This document shows positions 45,434 through 51,167 of a stretch of DNA of 51,167 nt, piece after piece (within the stretch, counting starts at the first letter, position 1; every line of letters starts with the position of its first letter). Made by a program: the position numbers and the translations under genes. Origin of the DNA: a virus (taxonomy: Duplodnaviria; Caudoviricetes); IMG/VR virus record IMGVR_UViG_3300048838_000881, positions 1-51,167 of that record. One strand, given 5' to 3'. Under the pieces are notes generated by a model. It saw only the letters and a program-made list of their open reading frames with translations. It was not told where the DNA came from and ran no database searches.

Positions 45434-48175
45434 ATGGCAGTAGTATCACGTCTTCAGTTAAATCATCCTGCGCTTGGCACAGCTGGCGGCGCCGGTCTTC
45501 ATTCTAGCATTGAAGCTTTATATACGAAGATCGGCGATAATATGAATGATCGCTGGTACTCGCTTGCTGATTTTGATCAAGCTGAGACGGTCGACCTGGT
45601 CCACAATTTTGACTCTGATATTTCGAGCATACAATACGATTTATGGAACTTCACAGGCGGCGAATGGGTGCTGCTTACCGAAGCGACGACGCCGAAACGT
45701 TCTGATTTTTCTGTCGTCGAGAAGACTGGCGACGAAGCGACGACGCTTCAGATTACAAATAACACGGGCGGCAATGATCTAACGTTTGCCGTAAGCCTTG
45801 TGTTTGGCGTCACGCGCCTTGACCAGGGCGACGTGCAAGACGTTGACGTGCAGACAACGCCGCCGGAAGACGGTCAAGCCCTGGTGTACGAAGCCGCTAG
45901 CGGCAAGTTTAAGCCCGGCGCTTCGGGCGACGCGAGCTTTAAGCTCCAGGGGGTTACGGACCCAAATGCCACGCTAAAGGGCGGCTTTATTCTCTTAGGT
46001 GACGGTAGAGAGCTAGCAACGTATGACGGTTCCGGCTCGGCAAGCACCGACTACGGTAAAGATATAACGATAAACCTTGATACGATTTTAGGCACAGACC
46101 CAACGAATGCGACGACTTATTATCTATACATTGATCTTAACTCCCTTTCTAGTGAGGTCACACTTTCCGACAATGGCCGGAAGGTTTATGGAGTCGTTGA
46201 AGCAAATTTCCATCTTTCAACCATTGCACCAGAGCTTAAAGACCAGGTGCGCTACGTGCCCGTTGGATTCATTCGATCCGCAACAAGCGGAACGGTTTGG
46301 AGCGGCGCAGGTGCTGCGTTTGGAACCCTTGCAACAAGAGCGCACCAAAAGTATGCAGGTGAGGAAACTAATAACTACGTTTTAAATCCAAGTGCTTTGA
46401 TTAACGCCACCGATGGAGTTGTGGCGGCTGGCTCAGGTTTTACAGTAACGCGCGGCACGACGGCGGCTACGTTTGCAAACACTTACTTTGCCATTAACGG
46501 CAACACGACTATCAATAAGACTGTTGATTGGACGTTGAACACTCTCCAAGAGAAGCACAACGGCCAGTTAATGCGCTTTAGTATGCGCTGTAAACTAACA
46601 TTAGATACTGGCTCAACTGGCGTCTACAAGATTGGTTTATATGATGGCTCTGCTTACGTTGCAGGCACAGAACTGACACTTACAGATGGTGCTAACGTTA
46701 AGTGGGAAGCCTTGTTCGTCTTGGACATGACTAAGACTTACGTTGCTAGGCTAGAGTGCACTACAGCCGGTGACGCTGATGATTTGATTTTAGTTGATGA
46801 CGTTACCGTATCTCCTGAACTGACCGTTGCTGGATCTACAAAAACCCAGTGGAAAACCGCCACAGGACTTTTTTCATTTACAAATCGCGCTGGCGGAGCC
46901 TTAGATTTCACTAGAAGCGCAGAGGCTATCTTTTATGCGCAAGATGGAGAAAACCTATATCTTAGTGGGACGTTTTCTGCTAGTTCAGCAGGAACGGGAG
47001 TAGGCACAGCAGACATAATCGCAATTAGATCTGCTTCGCTAACCTTTAATTATAATAAAATGGCGAATTCGAGCACATTAGGAAGTGCAGTAGGAGAAGG
47101 CTTATGGTACGACGGCGGGAATTTAAAGGTTCTATCTTTGATTACAGATGGTAACACAACGCCATATCAAATAACTTTTGCTGAGAATGGATTAACAAGA
47201 ACTTTACGAGAAGGTGATATTGCTAATGGAGATATAGTTAATTTCCTTGTTGGCCCTATACCAATCGCCGAATGGGCTGGTTCTTCTTTAACAATGGCTA
47301 ATAGCCAAGTTGAGTATGCGAGTAATACTAATGCAAATGGTATAGCCAACACAAATTATAACTCTTCGACTACTTCCTATAATCCATTAGGAACCCCAAT
47401 CGTATCTATTGCTTCAACTACGGCAAATACATTCACTTCTTATGATGTTCTTTTACCAACGCCGCTAAAGGCGACTGATAAAGTCTATTTGGAAATGAGT
47501 AATAATCAAGTGGGCTGGACTCCACTACCCCCTCCAGTTTCTCAAGGAACATCAAGATATGGTGCTTTTTGGGAAGCGACCTCTAGCACTACAATTAGAG
47601 TATATTTTGGTAACAAGGGAGCAAGGCCAACTAACGCTACTTATGCTGGCGACGGGGAAGCATGGAGTAGTTATTCAACTTATAACTGGCGCATTACAAA
47701 AGCCCAAAATCCTATAGGTATTGGAACTGGCCTTGCTACCGCTACTCAACCAGGTGCGTTGTCTCAGATTAATAGGTTCCAGTCTAAGCATCTAACTTCA
47801 AATATTACCTCTACAACTAACCCAATAACTGATTTGACTTTTAATAACTTAGTTGTCGGAAAGTTTTATCAAATAAACTTGACAGGATTTGCTTATTTGC
47901 TCGGAAATTCTGCATCCGAAGAAGTTCGTGTCAGAGCATTGCATAACAGCAATATCATAGATCAATGGAATTTACGCGCTGATCTTGGTGCAACAGACGC
48001 CAAAGGTTATAGAGCATCAACTATATGGATTTTCCAAGCGACAGCAACAACTTTAACTTTTAGCGTTGATATATCAGGTAATGGAGCATTAAACGGAAGC
48101 GCAAATGGATACGATGCGACTAGGGTAACCCTAATCGAACTTGGATCTTATCAAGCGACTACAGCATTTACATAA
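45434..48175 (+). CDS. Tail fibre / receptor-binding protein
   Basis: 913 aa, Thr/Gly/Ser-rich, PEDGQALVY fibre motif, multi-module C-terminus. Confidence 0.8.
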   Translation: MAVVSRLQLNHPALGTAGGAGLHSSIEALYTKIGDNMNDRWYSLADFDQAETVDLVHNFDSDISSIQYDLWNFTGGEWVLLTEATTPKRSDFSVVEKTGDEATTLQITNNTGGNDLTFAVSLVFGVTRLDQGDVQDVDVQTTPPEDGQALVYEAASGKFKPGASGDASFKLQGVTDPNATLKGGFILLGDGRELATYDGSGSASTDYGKDITINLDTILGTDPTNATTYYLYIDLNSLSSEVTLSDNGRKVYGVVEANFHLSTIAPELKDQVRYVPVGFIRSATSGTVWSGAGAAFGTLATRAHQKYAGEETNNYVLNPSALINATDGVVAAGSGFTVTRGTTAATFANTYFAINGNTTINKTVDWTLNTLQEKHNGQLMRFSMRCKLTLDTGSTGVYKIGLYDGSAYVAGTELTLTDGANVKWEALFVLDMTKTYVARLECTTAGDADDLILVDDVTVSPELTVAGSTKTQWKTATGLFSFTNRAGGALDFTRSAEAIFYAQDGENLYLSGTFSASSAGTGVGTADIIAIRSASLTFNYNKMANSSTLGSAVGEGLWYDGGNLKVLSLITDGNTTPYQITFAENGLTRTLREGDIANGDIVNFLVGPIPIAEWAGSSLTMANSQVEYASNTNANGIANTNYNSSTTSYNPLGTPIVSIASTTANTFTSYDVLLPTPLKATDKVYLEMSNNQVGWTPLPPPVSQGTSRYGAFWEATSSTTIRVYFGNKGARPTNATYAGDGEAWSSYSTYNWRITKAQNPIGIGTGLATATQPGALSQINRFQSKHLTSNITSTTNPITDLTFNNLVVGKFYQINLTGFAYLLGNSASEEVRVRALHNSNIIDQWNLRADLGATDAKGYRASTIWIFQATATTLTFSVDISGNGALNGSANGYDATRVTLIELGSYQATTAFT

Positions 48176-48185
48176 GACGTTAAAA

Positions 48186-48269
48186 ATGAAAGAACTCGCA
48201 ATTGACATAGCTAAACGTCTTATAGGAACGCCCTACATATGGGGCGGTTCTATGACCTGGATTGCTTAA
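48186..48269 (+). pseudogene. NlpC/P60 N-terminal remnant
   Basis: MKELAIDIAKRLIGTPYIWGGS, with LDC in a shifted frame at 48257-48265. Confidence 0.65.
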
Positions 48270-48296
48270 TATGATCGAAAGCAGACTTGATAAATT

Positions 48297-48662
48297 ATGA
48301 TCGCCATAACAACCAACACGCACCGCGTCTTTATCATCGCCGAAGCCACGGCGATGGCCGCCGACGTTGAAAGCGTGGTGATTGATTTTCGCGATATGCC
48401 GCTCGGCTCCGTGCAAGTCGTCTGGGAGAATGCCGATAGCACAGATGGCGAATTCAAACTTTACGCCAGCAATTTTTCGGAAGCGAATACGTTTACGGAA
48501 GATAACGCTATCCCGCTCAGCGATTTTGTCGTCACCTCGCCCTCGGGCTCGAAACTTTGGAGCTACGAGCGTTTAGCTTTTCGCTATATGATGCTAAAAT
48601 GGAAGTCGAACGGCACGTCAACCGGCACGATGAAAGCTATTGCGATTGGGAAAAAGACCTAG
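48297..48662 (+). CDS. Small beta-sandwich virion protein (putative)
   Basis: Alternating beta pattern; structural block. Confidence 0.55.
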   Translation: MIAITTNTHRVFIIAEATAMAADVESVVIDFRDMPLGSVQVVWENADSTDGEFKLYASNFSEANTFTEDNAIPLSDFVVTSPSGSKLWSYERLAFRYMMLKWKSNGTSTGTMKAIAIGKKT

Positions 48663-48665
48663 CCT

Positions 48666-49004
48666 ATGCCTATACTAGAGCTTCCAGGAACGATCGTTAG
48701 AACTGAGCCCGGAAGCCCGCTAGAGGTCACAAGCGAACGCCTTAGCATCGGCACGGTTCTAAACTATGCCCTGGCGACGGCTGACACCGAATACCCGATT
48801 GCACTGCCCGTCGGCGCGATAAATATCTTTTTTAACACGCGCCTAGGAAGTCTCACGTATGCTACGGCACCAGGGGGGCCTTATTTTTACGTCGGCCCCA
48901 TGGCGACCGTCGAGCTACGAAGCCTCGACCCCGCTGCTACGCCGACCCTCTACGTAAAATCATCAAAAGATAACGACACCTTGCAAGTTCACATGCAGAC
49001 CTAA
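48666..49004 (+). CDS. Small beta-sandwich virion protein (putative)
   Basis: Alternating beta pattern; structural block. Confidence 0.55.
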   Translation: MPILELPGTIVRTEPGSPLEVTSERLSIGTVLNYALATADTEYPIALPVGAINIFFNTRLGSLTYATAPGGPYFYVGPMATVELRSLDPAATPTLYVKSSKDNDTLQVHMQT

Positions 49005-49075
49005 GCTAAAGCCCTGGCGCCCCGAGCCGATAGCCTCCTCGTTGATTTAAACACCCCCGAGGAGAACTTCGCCCC

Positions 49076-49903
49076 ATGTCTATTAATATAAATAAAATTG
49101 CATATGATTCGACGACCCCAGCCGACGGCGCTGCCCTCGCAGCTTTCGTGCGCACGTCCGCCGGAGCGCTGACGTCGACCAATATCGGCGGCAAAGAAGG
49201 GCTTGACGTCAACGTCATAAACGACATAGCGGTCGAGATCGACGGCGTCTATGATGCAGGCGACAACCTGACTCCAGATAATGTGGGCCTCGTCGGCCAC
49301 GTGCGCGACGCGGCGCCCGGCGCCGAAGAACAAACGCTGCGCCTAACGGGCGGAAATCCGAGCGGCGACGACCTTGACCCGGCAAATATTTTCGCCCTCG
49401 ATACGACCTCGTTCCTGCACGCCTGGGACGGCTCGGCGTGGGATAGGGTCGGCCTAACGAGCGGCGCGCTCAACGTTATGCCGCAGGGCAACGTTGCCGA
49501 CGACGCTGCCGACGCCGGAAACCCGATAAAAATGGGCGCGCGCTCCATAGATGCAGCTTTGACTGAGCTATCTGCCGCCGACGATCGCTCGGACCTGATC
49601 GTCGACTCGTATCGCCGCTTGCTTGTGTCCACTGCGCCGAACGTTGAGGGCTCCGTCGCTGCCGTCTCCGTAACGACGACCGCCGCTACGCTTGGAGCCG
49701 CAACGTCGGGCCGCAAGCGCGTCGTGATCGAGAATCGAGGCGCGAAGGCCATCGCCATCGGCTTTGCCGACACCGTGACGTTTGCATCGGGCCTCGTAAT
49801 CGACGCAAAAGCAAGCTGGTCGGAAGAAGTCGGTGAATTCGTGCCGCTATTCGCAATCTCCGAGTCCGGCACGCAAGACGTGCGCTTCATGCAGCTAGCC
49901 TAA
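49076..49903 (+). CDS. Putative virion decoration/spike protein with C-terminal jelly-roll-like domain
   Basis: VSVTTTA...RKRVVIENRG..AIAIGF...SGLVI..ASW pattern. Confidence 0.6.
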   Translation: MSININKIAYDSTTPADGAALAAFVRTSAGALTSTNIGGKEGLDVNVINDIAVEIDGVYDAGDNLTPDNVGLVGHVRDAAPGAEEQTLRLTGGNPSGDDLDPANIFALDTTSFLHAWDGSAWDRVGLTSGALNVMPQGNVADDAADAGNPIKMGARSIDAALTELSAADDRSDLIVDSYRRLLVSTAPNVEGSVAAVSVTTTAATLGAATSGRKRVVIENRGAKAIAIGFADTVTFASGLVIDAKASWSEEVGEFVPLFAISESGTQDVRFMQLA

Positions 49904-49945
49904 GAGAGACGACCTCCACGAACGTCCTCTTCTTCTTTCTCCTTC

Positions 49946-49979
49946 GCCCGGTTTAGCTTTTAGCTAAGCCGGGTTTTTT
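49946..49979 (+). terminator. Intrinsic terminator
   Basis: GCCCGGTTTAGC-tttta-GCTAAGCCGGGT followed by a T-run. Confidence 0.85.
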
Positions 49980-50040
49980 GTTATACTTGCCGCATACTTT
50001 CGTATACCGCTGCATACTTGCATAAAAAGGTGCATAATCT

Positions 50041-50289
50041 ATGAACGAAGCGCCCCCTACGCTGCTCTCGGTGACCGACGTTGATCTTCGCCGCCTCGAA
50101 GCAACTATGAAAATTATAAAGCGAGGCGAATATAAGCTTGACGGAGAAGAAATCTTAGCTGCCGCGCAAGTCATAACCTGGCTATCGACCACGCACTCGA
50201 AAATCGAAGCGCTTCTCGCCCCGGCGCTAAACCCCAGCGTGCCAGCGCCGATAGATAAAAAGAAAAAAACAAAGACCCCTGGGGCCTAA
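50041..50289 (+). CDS. Hypothetical protein
   Basis: ORF with AAAGGT RBS. Confidence 0.6.
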   Translation: MNEAPPTLLSVTDVDLRRLEATMKIIKRGEYKLDGEEILAAAQVITWLSTTHSKIEALLAPALNPSVPAPIDKKKKTKTPGA

Positions 50290-50293
50290 CATT

Positions 50294-50611
50294 ATGGGCA
50301 TAACAACAAGCTCTGATCGCTCGGACGTTGTCGAAACGGGCCTAGATCATGCGGTGCTTACCGTGGGTACGACCATTACAGAAGTAAAGGTCGGCGCATC
50401 ACGCAACGCAACCCGACAAATTGTAGTTATCTATAATGAAAGCAACAATCGTACCCTTTGGTGGGGAAAATCAAGCGTGGCTAGTTCAGGTTCTGGGCGC
50501 GGGTTTCCTATTTTACCGGGGCAAAGCGTTTCGCTTCCCGTTGGCGATATCGGTATTTACATCATAGGCGAAGCATCAGGACAAACAGCCTGGGTTGCGG
50601 AGATAGGCTAA
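50294..50611 (+). CDS. Small jelly-roll-like virion protein (putative)
   Basis: TVGTT...RQIVVIYN...LWWG...GFPILPGQSVSL pattern. Confidence 0.6.
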   Translation: MGITTSSDRSDVVETGLDHAVLTVGTTITEVKVGASRNATRQIVVIYNESNNRTLWWGKSSVASSGSGRGFPILPGQSVSLPVGDIGIYIIGEASGQTAWVAEIG

Positions 50612-51167
50612 TGAATCCACTGCAAGGCCCGCTTAGCATCAACAATAACCGGGGCCTATACATAATGGATAGGCTAGCAACCCCAGCTACCTCGCAAGCT
50701 ACTGCCAACACCACAACTACACTCGACGCCGGCTCTTCACGTACCTGGATTTTTACAGGAACAGTAGCCGGGCAGATATTTAGGCTGCCCGATGCAACTA
50801 CGCTTATCGCGAATACATGCTACGAGCTTTGGAATTTTTCAACGCAGACCATAGCGATTCAAGATAACTCGGGCACTCTTCTAGCGACGCTTCGCGCTAA
50901 CGCGCAAACGTTTATCTTTCTTAGAGACAATACTACTAGCGCTGGGATTTGGGCGCTGACCTATACGCTTGATAGTGGTAACATTTTTGGAACGCAGCTT
51001 TATTACACTGAAGACAACACCGAAACTTCGACAAGTTCCACGACAACATTCCTTAACAAACTAAGCTTAACGCCCACAGATCCGTTGTCTTTCGGCAACT
51101 ATCTTGTGCAGTTTCAATTCCTTTGGCGCACTGCTAGTGCAGATAGAAAAATTGACATTAGAATTCG
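50611..51167 (+). CDS. 5' part of the junction-spanning gene (continues at 159..351)
   Basis: ATG 50611 (MNPLQGPLSINNNRG...) is open to the window end. Confidence 0.8.
   Translation, partial: MNPLQGPLSINNNRGLYIMDRLATPATSQATANTTTTLDAGSSRTWIFTGTVAGQIFRLPDATTLIANTCYELWNFSTQTIAIQDNSGTLLATLRANAQTFIFLRDNTTSAGIWALTYTLDSGNIFGTQLYYTEDNTETSTSSTTTFLNKLSLTPTDPLSFGNYLVQFQFLWRTASADRKIDIRI
51010..51167. repeat. Terminal direct repeat / circular overlap (right copy)
   Basis: Matches 1-158 with one mismatch. Confidence 0.97.

Noticed and set aside
23979-50611. Many opposite-strand or nested ORFs in the track (e.g. 24597..25220, 37734..38285, 39345..39968, 40622..41242, 49249..49890)
   Set aside because: They are shadow frames of well-supported genes, with no RBS or recognisable motifs.
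1-51167. Diversity-generating retroelement, retron or CRISPR array
   Set aside because: No reverse transcriptase ORF, no TR/VR pair and no repeat-spacer array seen. The single A/C mismatch in the end repeat is not sufficient evidence.
1-51167. Alternative genetic code, tRNA genes, or a specific host assignment
   Set aside because: Core genes are full length in the standard code and no tRNA was recognised. The host cannot be named from the sequence beyond probably diderm.

Overview
The window appears to be a complete, circularly permuted genome of a tailed dsDNA phage with a long non-contractile tail. It is about 51,009 bp unique, because 1-158 repeats at 51010-51167 with one mismatch. Layout: a lysis cassette (1.3-4.6 kb); a minus-strand replication module with family-A DNA polymerase, DEDDh exonuclease, SSB-like protein, SNF2 helicase and VRR-NUC nuclease (5.1-11.1 kb); a ParB-like plus TAGT/GREB1-like glycosyltransferase pair (12.3-13.9 kb); a minus-strand array of short accessory genes including a Tad1-like anti-defence protein (13.9-19.5 kb); a primase-helicase followed by an iteron-type origin (19.9-22.6 kb); and an HK97-type head and tail operon (23.4 kb to the end, wrapping to 1.3 kb). 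I found no integrase, CI-like repressor, tRNA, CRISPR array or reverse transcriptase, so the phage is probably lytic. Lipoprotein and spanin-like genes suggest a diderm host. Most unusual features: two recently duplicated, Cys-conserved proteins with Sec signal peptides inside the tail operon; a translationally coupled accessory array with a shared 13-nt junction motif that ends in Tad1; a ParB/glycosyltransferase module with no TET or methylase partner, frameshifted exactly at a perfect hairpin; and an NlpC/P60 relic after the tail fibre. All family assignments come from motif recognition by eye, not from database searches.
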